Below, one piece after another: positions 17,003 through 26,533 of a stretch of 49,142 nt of DNA; position 1 is the first letter of the stretch; each line of letters begins with the position of its first letter. Location of the stretch: the NCBI GenBank assembly GCA_035696485.1, contig DASRQT010000158.1:1-49142 (forward strand), read 5' to 3'. Under the pieces are notes generated by a model. That model was given only the letters and a program-made list of their open reading frames with translations, searched no databases and was not told the DNA's origin. The position numbers and the translations under genes were made by a program. Source of the DNA: Polyangia bacterium (GTDB lineage Bacteria; Myxococcota_A; Polyangia; Fen-1088).

Positions 17003-17965
17003 TCAACCACCAGTCTCGAAGCCCAGGCGAGCGGCGGTGGTCCGGAACAGCGTCGCGATCGCCGTCGCGTATTGGCCTTCCCCCCTGCCGCGGATGCCGA
17101 AGCGCGGATCGTACAGCTGCCCGGCGCGCGTCTCGCGGATGCGGTGCAAGACCCGTTCGGCCTGCAGCGGAAGCCCCGCACGCAGCCGCTCTTCGAACAC
17201 CGCCTTGACCGAACCCGGTAGCCGCAGGAGCACATACCCCGCGCGGCGCGCCCCCGCCTCACGCGCGGCGGTCAGCACCTTCGGGATGTCCTGGTCGTTC
17301 AGCCCCGGGATCACCGGCGCGATGTTCACGCCGACCGACAGCCCCGCCGCCGCCAGCCTCTCGATGGTGTGCAGGCGGCGCAGCGGCGTCGCGACATAGG
17401 GTTCGATCACGCGCGCCTTGTCCGCATCCCAGAACGGGATGCTGACCGTCACGTGCGCCGAGGCCACCGCCGCCAGCGCCGTGAGGACGTCGATGTCTCG
17501 TTCGACCAGGGCCGACTTGGTGATGATCGCTGCTGGGTTCGCGTGCTCGACGCAGACCTCAAGACATCCGCGCGTCAGCTGGTACGACGCCTCCAGCGGC
17601 TGGTAACAGTCGGTCACGCCGCTGAAGACAACGGTCTCGCGTTTCCACGACTTCTTGGCGAAGGCCGCGCGCAGCAGCGCCGGCGCGGTCGGCTTGATGA
17701 CGATCTTGCGGTCGAAGTCGGTGCCCGCGCCCAGGCCCAGGTATTCGTGCGAGGGCCGCGCATAGCAATACGCGCAGGCGTGAAAGCAACCACGGTAGGG
17801 GTTCACGCTCCAGGTGAAGCCGACGTCGGGGCTGTCATTGGAGGCGAGGATGCTGCGCGTGTGGTCCTCGAAGACCTCGAGGCGCATCTCTGGCGCGCCT
17901 TCGAGATATTCGACCGCCGTGCTGGCCCACGGATTGGGAGGGTTGGAGATCGGAACCGGCTTCAC
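17003..17965 (-). CDS. radical SAM protein, PA0069 / SplB-like (DNA repair photolyase COG1533) family
   Basis: The Cx3Cx2C motif sits in NPYRGCFHACAYCYARP. The N-terminus is characteristic of the family (NPPNPWASTAVEYLEG). Confidence 0.9.
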   Translation of the reverse strand: MKPVPISNPPNPWASTAVEYLEGAPEMRLEVFEDHTRSILASNDSPDVGFTWSVNPYRGCFHACAYCYARPSHEYLGLGAGTDFDRKIVIKPTAPALLRAAFAKKSWKRETVVFSGVTDCYQPLEASYQLTRGCLEVCVEHANPAAIITKSALVERDIDVLTALAAVASAHVTVSIPFWDADKARVIEPYVATPLRRLHTIERLAAAGLSVGVNIAPVIPGLNDQDIPKVLTAAREAGARRAGYVLLRLPGSVKAVFEERLRAGLPLQAERVLHRIRETRAGQLYDPRFGIRGRGEGQYATAIATLFRTTAARLGFETGG

Positions 17966-17982
17966 GCGACGGAAAGCCTAAC

Positions 17983-17998
17983 CTGAACTAATGTTCAG
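17983..17998. promoter_or_regulatory. perfect inverted repeat CTGAAC-TAAT-GTTCAG; candidate LexA (SOS) operator
   Basis: The palindrome lies 18-33 nt upstream of the radical SAM start codon. Both half-sites match the flanks of the operator I recall for Myxococcus xanthus LexA (CTRHAMRYBYGTTCAGS). Confidence 0.5.
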
Positions 17999-18024
17999 TC
18001 AAGGCATTTGATACGAATTCCTGG

Positions 18025-19014
18025 TCAGACAAGGGTCTCCAGATTGAATCGACCGCGCTTCGCGAGCAGCGGCGCCCACAGATCGCCGACCTTCGCGAGG
18101 CGCGCGGGGACGTTGTCGATACGGAAGTCGTCAATCTCGACACCGCGCTCGACCTCGGCCCAAGTCACCGGCGTCGACACCGGCGCGCGCGGGCGCGGGC
18201 GAACCGAATAGATCGAGGCCAGCGTCTGCCCCCAGGCGTTCTGGTTGTAGTCGACCAGCACGCGGCCCGGTGGCCGGTTAGCCACACGGTATTCGGCGGT
18301 GATCAATTTCGGCGACCGTTGGGCCAGGTTTTGCGCCAGCGCCTTGCTGAACGTCCACACCTGTTTTTGCGTCGGCCCGCGGACAATCGGAGCGTAAACG
18401 TGAACGCCTTTCGAGCCAGTGGTCTTGGCCATGCTGGTCATTCCCAGCGACGCCAGCGCGTCGCGCACGACCAGCGCCGTCTCCCGCACGTTGGCGAAGG
18501 TCGCGCCCTTGACCGGATCCAGATCGAAGTGGACGTAGTCGGGACGATCGACGTCGTCGCAGCGCGCGTACCACTGATTGAGATCGATGCAGCCGAGATT
18601 GATGACCCACAGCAGCGACGCGAGATCCTGAATCAGCGGAAAATCGATCACGTTGCCGGAGTCGTGTGCGATGGCGCACGTCTCGATCCACGATGGGCGC
18701 GGCGTCGGCGCGCGCTTCATGAAAAAAAATTTGCCAGCCGCGCCATGCGGATAGCGCTTCATCACCATCGCGCGGTCTTTGAGATGCGGCAGCAAATACG
18801 GCGATACGTCCGCGTAATAACGGACAAGATCACCTTTGGTGATGACCGGGTCCGTCCAGAACGGTTTGCCGAGGTTGGTAAGCTTGACCACGCGATCGGG
18901 CGACACGCGCAGCATGACGTCTTCTTGATCGCGCGGGATCGCTGACCCGAATGACGGCGTCTTAGTCCCTTTCGATCGCGTGGTCCGCATCGCCGAGGAC
19001 AAAAGATTTATCAC
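18025..19014 (-). CDS. stand-alone LigD polymerase (primase-polymerase, AEP) domain protein
   Basis: Recognisable elements are LTNLGKPFWTDPVITKGDLVRYY, the catalytic HFDLDP and TGSKGVHVY. The true start may be an internal Met. Confidence 0.85.
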   Translation of the reverse strand: MINLLSSAMRTTRSKGTKTPSFGSAIPRDQEDVMLRVSPDRVVKLTNLGKPFWTDPVITKGDLVRYYADVSPYLLPHLKDRAMVMKRYPHGAAGKFFFMKRAPTPRPSWIETCAIAHDSGNVIDFPLIQDLASLLWVINLGCIDLNQWYARCDDVDRPDYVHFDLDPVKGATFANVRETALVVRDALASLGMTSMAKTTGSKGVHVYAPIVRGPTQKQVWTFSKALAQNLAQRSPKLITAEYRVANRPPGRVLVDYNQNAWGQTLASIYSVRPRPRAPVSTPVTWAEVERGVEIDDFRIDNVPARLAKVGDLWAPLLAKRGRFNLETLV

Positions 19015-19113
19015 GATCGGCGCTACTACAGAGTCGAAGGGACATTGACAGGTGCAGCAGGGATGGAGACCCTAACCGCGCTGACCACAACAAATTGGCC
19101 CAGAGAAAAGAGG

Positions 19114-19974
19114 ATGCGCATGTTTCGCTCTCACCTCCGAATCGGCCTCTTGTGCTCCCTGGTCCCGTTCGCGGTGCTCGTCGGCTGTGGCGGCAGCGGA
19201 AGCAACCCGGACGCTCGCAAGGATGCGAAGCCTGACGTCCCCACCACCGCCGGAACCGGCGGTACCGCGGGCGGCGGAACTGGCGGGGGCACCGGCGGCG
19301 CGGGCACCGGCGGCGCCGACGACGCGGGAGCAGGCGGCAGCGGCGGTAGTGGCGGCGCCTCGATGGACGCGCCCCAAGATGTCCCCCGCGACGTGCCGAC
19401 GGTCGACGTGCCCAGAGACATCGTGACCGATGTTCCGCCTACGGACGCTCGCGACGGGGGCGCAAATCAGATCGATGCGGCGACAGACACCGGTGCTGAC
19501 GCCGGCGCCGACACCGCAGCGGAGACGGCCGCCGAAACCGCAAACGACACGCCAGCAGAGACCGCGCACGAAACCGCACCCGAAGCAGCAGAAGACACTG
19601 CGCACGAAACCGCACCAGAGACCGCAAACGACACCGGCAATGATGATACGGGCACTGCCTTCGTCTCCATCGCGCCGTGCACCGCCGCCAGCGACTACAC
19701 GACTTCTGACACGTCAATCATCTTCCGAAACGGTGCCAACGGGTATGACCCCCCGTGCGTCAAGATTGCAAAAGGGGGAAGCGTGATGTTTAGCGGTGCC
19801 TTCGGGACTCATCCACTGGAGCCTCGGACCGCGACGGGGGGAAGCCCTAACAATCCCATTACCTTCATGAACACCGGGACTACGCACACGATTGCATTCC
19901 CGAATGCGGGTTTTTTTCCATTCCACTGCAACATACACTCCGACATGATCGGTGTTATTCAAGTCACCGAATAG
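19114..19974 (+). CDS. lipoprotein with Gly-rich and acidic tandem-repeat region and C-terminal cupredoxin (amicyanin/plastocyanin-like) domain
   Basis: The lipobox is FAVLVGCGG. Candidate Cu ligands are GTHPLEP ... FHCNIHSDM (C-x2-H-x2-M). The start could be 19114 or 19120. Confidence 0.75.
   Translation: MRMFRSHLRIGLLCSLVPFAVLVGCGGSGSNPDARKDAKPDVPTTAGTGGTAGGGTGGGTGGAGTGGADDAGAGGSGGSGGASMDAPQDVPRDVPTVDVPRDIVTDVPPTDARDGGANQIDAATDTGADAGADTAAETAAETANDTPAETAHETAPEAAEDTAHETAPETANDTGNDDTGTAFVSIAPCTAASDYTTSDTSIIFRNGANGYDPPCVKIAKGGSVMFSGAFGTHPLEPRTATGGSPNNPITFMNTGTTHTIAFPNAGFFPFHCNIHSDMIGVIQVTE
19564..19635 (+). repeat. in-frame 36-bp tandem repeat (AHETAPEAAEDT / AHETAPETANDT) inside the cupredoxin lipoprotein gene
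   Basis: GCGCACGAAACCGCACC occurs at 19564 and again at 19600. More degenerate ETA/DTA units extend upstream to about 19490. Confidence 0.7.
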
Positions 19975-20115
19975 CGCCCGCGCGGGCGCGACACGATCGC
20001 GACAACCTTGTCGTGGCCTGACAACGTACCCCACCGGAACGCCTGCCTCCGGCCGGAAACACAGCGTCTCCCATTGGTCTGTCCGTTGCTTATACGGGGG
20101 CCGGGAGGCGACATC

Positions 20116-21795
20116 ATGCGAGCAGCCTGGCTTCAATTTGTCCTGGTGGGTAGCGCTGTTGGTTTCATCGCGGGGTGCGGGGGCCAAAGCGCCAGCGGCG
20201 ACATCGGTGCCGGCGGGCCGGCGCCGGGGCTGCCAAGCGGGTCGGCGCCGGGGCCCGGCGGGGGAAACAGCCCGATCCAGCCTTCACCCGGCGCGACCGG
20301 AAGTGGGGGCAGCTCGGGCGCGGGGGGAGCGGCGGGGGCGTCGGCGGTAGCGCCCGGCAGCCCGCCGGCCGGCTCGGGCAGCTTCGGCAGTGTCGGAATC
20401 GGAGGCGGGCAGGACTTCGGCGCGTTCCGGCGGGCGCTGAACGGCGGGCTCATCCCGGCGACCAGCACCCTGGACGCGGCGGGATTTTTCGCCGAGCACT
20501 TCACGTCGCTGCCGCCGCCCACGTGCGGCAAGACGTTCTGCCTGCACGGGATGTTGTCGGTTTCGCCCGACATGGTTCGCGGCGGACGCTGGACCCTGTT
20601 GCAGATGGGGATGAACTCTCCGATTGATCCGGCGACCGTGACGAAGCCGCCGCTGGCGCTGGCCGTGGTCGTCGACCGTTCCGGGTCGATGGCCGCCGCC
20701 GGCAAGATGGACTACGCGAAGCAGGGTCTCAAGCTGCTGGTGAACGCGCTCAGCGAAGGCGACACGTTCACGCTGATTGCGTTCGACGACCAGATCCAGA
20801 CGCTGTTCGGTCCGGCGCACGTGTCGAACAAGGCCTCGCTGATCGCCATTGTGGACGCGCTGCAACCGCGCGGGTCGACCAACATCTACGGCGGGCTCGA
20901 GGCCGGGTACAAGGCGGCCATCTCCACCGGCGACGAGACGCAGCAGCGACGCGTGATCTTCCTGACCGATGGGTTGCCCACGGTCGGTATCACCGACCCT
21001 ACCCAGATCAAGGCCATGTCGGCCGGCTACAACGAGCGGTACATCGGCCTGACCACCATCGGCCTGGGGACCGACGTCGACGCGGGATTGCTGCGCAACC
21101 TCTCCGAGCAGGGGGGCGGCAACTTTTACTTCGCCGAGAAACCGGAGGCGGTGCAGGAGGTGTTCACCGAGGAGCTGGCGTTCTTCGTCGCGCCCATCGC
21201 CTACGATCTGGAGCTGCGCATCAACGAGTTGCCCGCCTACACGCTGAAACAGGTGCTGGGAACAAACCTGTGGCGCGCGGAAAACGGCGGCGGCCGGGTC
21301 CGCATCCCCAGCGTGTTCCTGGTCTCGCGCACCAGCACGAAACCGGGTGCGAACGGCGGACGTCGCGGCGGCGGTTCGGCGATCATGGCAGAGCTGGCGC
21401 CGACGCCGACGCTCCCCGCCGCCGGCCTGTGCAACGTCGCCGCGCTGCAACTGAGCTACCGGCTACCCGGATCCAGCACCATCGAGACCCAGACCGCGGA
21501 CATCGGTTACGACGTCGGGACCGTCGCCGGCGGCGATACCGCCGCCTACTACTCGAGTCGCGACATCGAGAAGAACACCATCATCCTGGCCCTGTTCACC
21601 GCCCTGCGCGACGCAACGGCGCGCGCGCAGAACGACCCGCGTGGGGCGCGCGACCTCCTGGTCACATTTCAGCCCAAATTCAAGGCGCGCATCGCCGGCT
21701 GGGCTGATGACGACCTGATCGACGATATCGTCATCCTGCAGCAGTACATCGACGTGCTGGGTAACATTCGCGGCGTCGGGCCCGTCGGTCCGTAA
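20116..21795 (+). CDS. vWA-domain lipoprotein, YfbK-like architecture
   Basis: GGGAGG lies 7 nt upstream of the ATG at 20116. The lipobox is GFIAGCGG. The MIDAS motif is LAVVVDRSGSM, and a long conserved C-terminal region follows. Confidence 0.85.
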   Translation: MRAAWLQFVLVGSAVGFIAGCGGQSASGDIGAGGPAPGLPSGSAPGPGGGNSPIQPSPGATGSGGSSGAGGAAGASAVAPGSPPAGSGSFGSVGIGGGQDFGAFRRALNGGLIPATSTLDAAGFFAEHFTSLPPPTCGKTFCLHGMLSVSPDMVRGGRWTLLQMGMNSPIDPATVTKPPLALAVVVDRSGSMAAAGKMDYAKQGLKLLVNALSEGDTFTLIAFDDQIQTLFGPAHVSNKASLIAIVDALQPRGSTNIYGGLEAGYKAAISTGDETQQRRVIFLTDGLPTVGITDPTQIKAMSAGYNERYIGLTTIGLGTDVDAGLLRNLSEQGGGNFYFAEKPEAVQEVFTEELAFFVAPIAYDLELRINELPAYTLKQVLGTNLWRAENGGGRVRIPSVFLVSRTSTKPGANGGRRGGGSAIMAELAPTPTLPAAGLCNVAALQLSYRLPGSSTIETQTADIGYDVGTVAGGDTAAYYSSRDIEKNTIILALFTALRDATARAQNDPRGARDLLVTFQPKFKARIAGWADDDLIDDIVILQQYIDVLGNIRGVGPVGP

Positions 21796-21862
21796 CTCCC
21801 CAGCGCCACTCTGCCGGCCACCCTTGCCGTGATGGCCGCGGAATCGTAATGTCTCCGCCCTC

Positions 21863-23053
21863 ATGGCCGGCCCCCCCAGCAACGCCCCGCGCTTGGTCGC
21901 GCTGCCGCCTTACGTCCTGGCGGCTGTTGATGACCTGAAATCGAAGCTGCGCGCCGAGGGCCACGACGTCTTCGACTTCGGCCTGGGCAACCCCGACGGT
22001 CCCAGCCCGGCCGCAGCGATCGATCGCCTCACGACGGAGGCCCGCCGTCCCGGCAATCAGCGCTACATGCCGTCGAAGGGGTTGCCCGAGGTGCGGCGCG
22101 CGATCTGCGACTGGTATCAGCGCCGGTATCAGCAGACGTTCGATCCCGATCGCGAGGCGGTCGTCACGCTCGGCGCCAAGGAGGGGCTGGCGCACCTGCT
22201 GTTCGCGCTGATCGGCCCGGGTGACTGCGTGCTGTCGCCCGACCCGTGTTACCCGATCCACCGCTTCGGCGTCATCATTGCCGGCGGTGAACCGGTGCCG
22301 GTCGCCGTCGCTCCGGGCCGCGATCACTACGCCGAGATCGAAGCGGCGCTGGCGCGCTCGCCGCGCAAGCCCAAGGGTCTCATCGTCAACTTCCCGCACA
22401 ACCCGACGTCGGCGACGGTTGACCTGGAGTTTTACCGGCGCGTCGTCGCGCTGGCCGCGCGCGAGAAGCTGTGGGTGATGTCCGATCTCGCTTACGCCGA
22501 TCTCGTCTACGACGGACGGCCGGCCCCCAGCATCTTTCAGGTGCCGGGCGCGCGCGATCTCGCGGTCGAGTTCTTCACCGTGTCCAAGAGTTATTCGATG
22601 CCGGGGTGGCGCGTCGGCTTCTGCGTTGGGAACGCGGACCTGGTCGGGGCGCTGATTTCCATCAAGGGGTATCTCGACTACGGCATCTTCGCCCCGACCC
22701 AGCTGGCGGCTGCGACCGCGCTCAACAACTGCGACGCCGACGTGGCAGAGAACCGCGCGCGCTACCAGCAGCGCGCGGCCGTCCTGGTGCGCGGGCTGGC
22801 CGCGGCTGGCTGGGCGGTCGAGGCCCCTGTGGCGTCGATGTTCGTCTGGGCGCCGCTGCCGGCGTCCCATCGCCACATGACGGCCGTGAATTTTGCCTCC
22901 GCGTTGCTGGAGAAGGCGCGGGTGGCGGTCTCGCCGGGTGTGGGGTTTGGGCCCGGCGGGGAAGGCTTCGTCCGCTTCGCCCTGGTCGAGCCTGACGACC
23001 GTGCCGCCAAGGCCTGCGAAGCGATTGGGAAATTCCTCCAGCAACCAGCCTGA
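21863..23053 (+). CDS. class I/II pyridoxal-phosphate aminotransferase (AlaC/YfdZ-like)
   Basis: Recognisable elements are LPPYVLAAV...FGLGNPDGPSP, GAKEGLAHL, and the PLP lysine motif SKSYSMPGWRVGF. Confidence 0.9.
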   Translation: MAGPPSNAPRLVALPPYVLAAVDDLKSKLRAEGHDVFDFGLGNPDGPSPAAAIDRLTTEARRPGNQRYMPSKGLPEVRRAICDWYQRRYQQTFDPDREAVVTLGAKEGLAHLLFALIGPGDCVLSPDPCYPIHRFGVIIAGGEPVPVAVAPGRDHYAEIEAALARSPRKPKGLIVNFPHNPTSATVDLEFYRRVVALAAREKLWVMSDLAYADLVYDGRPAPSIFQVPGARDLAVEFFTVSKSYSMPGWRVGFCVGNADLVGALISIKGYLDYGIFAPTQLAAATALNNCDADVAENRARYQQRAAVLVRGLAAAGWAVEAPVASMFVWAPLPASHRHMTAVNFASALLEKARVAVSPGVGFGPGGEGFVRFALVEPDDRAAKACEAIGKFLQQPA

Positions 23054-23119
23054 CCGGGCCGGCGGGCGGCCACCGATTTGGTTGACAACCGCCCGCCATT
23101 CCAGTAGAAACCCCGCTCC

Positions 23120-23572
23120 ATGCCCGTGTCAGCAACCCGTCATCGTTCCACTTTTCAGGCCAACGAACCGTTCGCGCGCGCCTGGTTCATCGCCGACGTC
23201 GAGGGCAAGACCCTGGGCCGCGCGGCGACCAAGATCGCCGACGTGCTGCGCGGGAAACACCGCCCGAGCTTTACCCCCCACGTGGACGCGGGCGATTTTG
23301 TGGTGGTGGTGAACGCCGACAAGGTTCGTCTGACCGGCAAGAAGATGACGACCAAGCTTTACCGGGACCACTCGCTGTTCCCCGGCGGCCTGCGCACGCA
23401 GACGGCCGAGCAGCTGCTGGCGCGTCACCCGACCGATCTGGTCAAGCGGGCGGTCTGGGGCATGCTGCCCAAGGGACCGCTGGGACGTCGCATTTACAAG
23501 AAGCTGAAGGTCTACGCCGGCGCCGAACATCCCCACGTCGCGCAGCAGCCAAAACCCCTCCCCCTTTCGTAA
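23120..23572 (+). CDS. rplM: 50S ribosomal protein L13
   Basis: The sequence [54 protein letters not shown] is recognisable, and the gene is followed by rpsI. Confidence 0.95.
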   Translation: MPVSATRHRSTFQANEPFARAWFIADVEGKTLGRAATKIADVLRGKHRPSFTPHVDAGDFVVVVNADKVRLTGKKMTTKLYRDHSLFPGGLRTQTAEQLLARHPTDLVKRAVWGMLPKGPLGRRIYKKLKVYAGAEHPHVAQQPKPLPLS

Positions 23573-23586
23573 CCCGGAGCAGAGAC

Positions 23587-23985
23587 ATGCCAGATCCACA
23601 CAAGAGCATTTACGCCACCGGCCGCCGCAAGCACGCGGTGGCGCGTGTCTGGATGCAGCCGGGTTCGGGGAAGATCGACATCAATCACCGTACGCTGGAG
23701 GATTACTTCGGCCGCGAGACGTCGCGCATGGTGTTCCGGCAGCCGCTTGAGCTGACCGAGACGTCCGGACGCTTCGACGTCTTCGTCACGGTCTGTGGCG
23801 GCGGCCTATCGGGGCAAGCCGATGCGATCCGGCACGGCATCTCGCGCGTGTTGATCAAGGTCGACCCTGCGTACCGCGGCGCGCTGAAAAAGGCCGGCTA
23901 TCTGACGCGCGACGCGCGCCAGAAAGAGCGCAAGAAGTACGGTCAGCGTGGCGCCCGCGCCCGCTTCCAGTTCAGCAAGCGCTAA
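23587..23985 (+). CDS. rpsI: 30S ribosomal protein S9
   Basis: It has [24 protein letters not shown] and the C-terminal [17 protein letters not shown]. Confidence 0.95.
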   Translation: MPDPHKSIYATGRRKHAVARVWMQPGSGKIDINHRTLEDYFGRETSRMVFRQPLELTETSGRFDVFVTVCGGGLSGQADAIRHGISRVLIKVDPAYRGALKKAGYLTRDARQKERKKYGQRGARARFQFSKR

Positions 23986-24079
23986 AGCGCCGCGGTAGAT
24001 CTTCGATGCGGCGACCGTCGTCGCCCGACGCGGTTGTCTCGGCGGACCTTCAGGTTCGGTGCCGGGGTAAACTGCTCGG

Positions 24080-25492
24080 GTGAGGGCGCCTCGGCTGCTG
24101 ACGAAGTTGCTGCTCGGGACTCTGGTTCCGACGGTGGCGGCGTTGGTGGTGTTTGGGATCCTGGCGCAGGAGGTGGCGCGGAAGACGCTGGAGGATGAGC
24201 TGGGGCGGCGGCTCGGGACGGCGGCGGCGGGGGCGGCGGTGATGGTCTTGCCGGAGCAAATCGCCGAGCTGGCTGCGGGCGATGAAGGGTCGCTCACGTA
24301 CGCGAACGTGGGGCGCAAGCTGGAGGTGGCGCGGCAGCGCTTTGGTGTGCGGCGGGTGCTGCTGGTCGCGCGCGATTTGACCGGGCGTGGCGATACGGCT
24401 GGGCGCGTGGCGCTGGGGTCGGCGGCGCACGAGCTCGGGGCTGATCGCGCCGAGATGGAACGGGCGGCGATGGGGTCGGCGGTCGCGTCGCCGCTGTTCA
24501 CGGGTCACGACGGGCTGCCGTACAAACGCGCGTACGCCCCCGTCAGCAATGCCGGAGGCGATGTGGCGGGGTTCGCCGTGGTCGAGGGGAGCGCGGACTA
24601 CTACGTGGCGCTGGCGACCTTCCGGCGCTGGCTGGTGACGGGCGGCGCGGTGGCCCTGCTGGGCGTGCTGCTGGTGACGATCTTCCTGGCGCGCCGGATC
24701 ACGGGGCCGGTCGTGCGGTTGGCGGGGGCCGCGGCGCGAATCGGTCGCGGCGAGCTGACCGCGACTGTGCCCATCGAAGCGCGCGACGAGATCGGATTCC
24801 TGGCGACGACCCTCGACGACATGCGCGCCGCGCTTCGCGCGCGCGATGAACGCCTGCAGATGACGCTGGCCGGCATCGCCCACGAGGTTCGAAATCCTCT
24901 GGGCGGGCTGGAGCTTTACGCGGGCCTCTTGCGAGATGCCCTCGCGGGTCAACCGGAACGCCTGCAGGAGGTGGCGCGCATCGAACGCGAGCTGGCCTAT
25001 CTGAAGGCGGTGGTCACCGAGTTCCTGGACTATGCGCGGCGCCCCCTGCTGGACCTGGCGACAGTGCCGCTGGCGCCGTTGCTGGAAGAGGTGCGAGAGC
25101 TGGCGGCGACAGGCGGCGCTCAGATCACGGTCGACGCGACAGCGGGGATCTCCGTGCGCGCCGATTCAGGACAGCTGCGCCGGGCATTGCTGAATCTGGC
25201 GCGAAACGCGGTCGCCGCCACCGCCAGCACCGGTGGTCAGGTGGTCCTCGGCGCCAGGCAGCTGGACGATCGCGTTCGGGTCGAGGTGCGCGACAACGGC
25301 CCCGGCGTACCGGAGCACCTGCGCGACGAGATCTTCACTCCCTTCTTCACCACGCGCGAGAAAGGGACCGGGCTGGGGCTGGCCTTCGTGCGCGAGATCG
25401 TACGCGACCACGGCGGCGACGTGGCGGTCGAAAATCTGCCCGGCGGTGGCGCCTGCTTCCACTTTGATCTGCCGTCCGGAGCCATACGCTGA
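24080..25492 (+). CDS. membrane sensor histidine kinase (HAMP + HisKA + HATPase_c)
   Basis: The start is GTG. The H-box is IAHEVRNPLGG, with an N-box, a G-box (DNGPGVP) and GTGLGLAFVREIV. There are two TM segments with a periplasmic loop between them. Confidence 0.9.
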   Translation: MRAPRLLTKLLLGTLVPTVAALVVFGILAQEVARKTLEDELGRRLGTAAAGAAVMVLPEQIAELAAGDEGSLTYANVGRKLEVARQRFGVRRVLLVARDLTGRGDTAGRVALGSAAHELGADRAEMERAAMGSAVASPLFTGHDGLPYKRAYAPVSNAGGDVAGFAVVEGSADYYVALATFRRWLVTGGAVALLGVLLVTIFLARRITGPVVRLAGAAARIGRGELTATVPIEARDEIGFLATTLDDMRAALRARDERLQMTLAGIAHEVRNPLGGLELYAGLLRDALAGQPERLQEVARIERELAYLKAVVTEFLDYARRPLLDLATVPLAPLLEEVRELAATGGAQITVDATAGISVRADSGQLRRALLNLARNAVAATASTGGQVVLGARQLDDRVRVEVRDNGPGVPEHLRDEIFTPFFTTREKGTGLGLAFVREIVRDHGGDVAVENLPGGGACFHFDLPSGAIR

Positions 25493-25496
25493 AGTC

Positions 25497-26525
25497 ATGT
25501 CGACGCTGATCACCACAGATACCCGATTTCTGAATCACGATCCGGGACCGGGACACCCCGAGCGCCCTGCCCGGCTGGCCAGCCTGCTGTCGCTCCTGGA
25601 TAAAGCGCTGCCCGCCGGGGCGCGCGTGACGCCGGCGCGGCCCGCCAGCGACGCCGACATCGCCGCCGTTCACGACCAGGCCTATCTTGCCGAGCTGCGC
25701 GCGCTGGCGGGTCAGAGGGTGGCGCTGGACCCGGACACGTTCATGTCACCGGGCAGCTACGACGCGGCGGTGCTGGCGGCGGGCGCGGCCGTGGGCGCGG
25801 TGGAGGACGTCTGGCGCGGCCAGGCGGAGAATGCCTTCGCGCTGGTGCGTCCGCCCGGACATCACGCGGAGCAGGCGCAGGCCATGGGCTTCTGCCTGTT
25901 CAACAACGCGGCGATCGCAGCCCAGGCCGCGCGCCGGCTGGGTGCCCGTCGCGTGATGATCGTCGACTGGGACGTTCACCACGGCAACGGCACCCAGCAT
26001 CTGTTCGAACGGCGGTCGGACGTGCTGTTTGCGTCGTGCCACCAGTTTCCGTTTTATCCCGGCACCGGCGCCCCCGACGAGGTCGGACTGGGCGACGGGG
26101 CCGGGTTCACCGTCAACTGCGGCCTGCCGGCCGGCCTCGGCGACGCCGACTACGGCGCGGTCTTCAATGATCTGTTCGTCCCCGCTGGACTTTCCTTCAA
26201 ACCCGATTTGGTCATCGTGTCGGCCGGCTTCGACGCGCACGCGCGCGATCCCCTGGCCGAGATGAACGTGACCGAACGCGGGTTCGCGGCCATGTGCACC
26301 GCGGTCAAACAGCTGGCCGAGGAATGCTGCAGCGGGAAGTTGGTCCTGCTGCTGGAAGGCGGCTACGACCTGGACGCGCTGGTTGGGTCCGTCCGCGCCT
26401 GTCTTGAAGTGCTGGCCGGCCGGCGCGAGGAATTCCCGGCCGGCGCGGGATCGAAGTCCGTCGCGGCGCTGCGCGCCACGCAGGATGCCCTACGGCGGGT
26501 CGGCCGCGGTGGTGATTTTCCGTAG
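25497..26525 (+). CDS. histone deacetylase-family (HDAC/acetylpolyamine amidohydrolase-like) zinc deacetylase
   Basis: The product begins MSTLITTDTRFLNHDPGPGHPERPARL. It also has RPPGHHA, DWDVHHGNGTQ and GGYD. The track start at 25233 overlaps the kinase gene and is rejected. Confidence 0.9.
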   Translation: MSTLITTDTRFLNHDPGPGHPERPARLASLLSLLDKALPAGARVTPARPASDADIAAVHDQAYLAELRALAGQRVALDPDTFMSPGSYDAAVLAAGAAVGAVEDVWRGQAENAFALVRPPGHHAEQAQAMGFCLFNNAAIAAQAARRLGARRVMIVDWDVHHGNGTQHLFERRSDVLFASCHQFPFYPGTGAPDEVGLGDGAGFTVNCGLPAGLGDADYGAVFNDLFVPAGLSFKPDLVIVSAGFDAHARDPLAEMNVTERGFAAMCTAVKQLAEECCSGKLVLLLEGGYDLDALVGSVRACLEVLAGRREEFPAGAGSKSVAALRATQDALRRVGRGGDFP

Positions 26526-26533
26526 CACCCCGC

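Noticed and set aside
25233-25496. Track start of the HDAC-like ORF inside the histidine kinase gene
   Set aside because: That stretch is an out-of-frame read of the kinase HATPase region. The ATG at 25497, directly after the kinase stop, gives the conserved deacetylase N-terminus.
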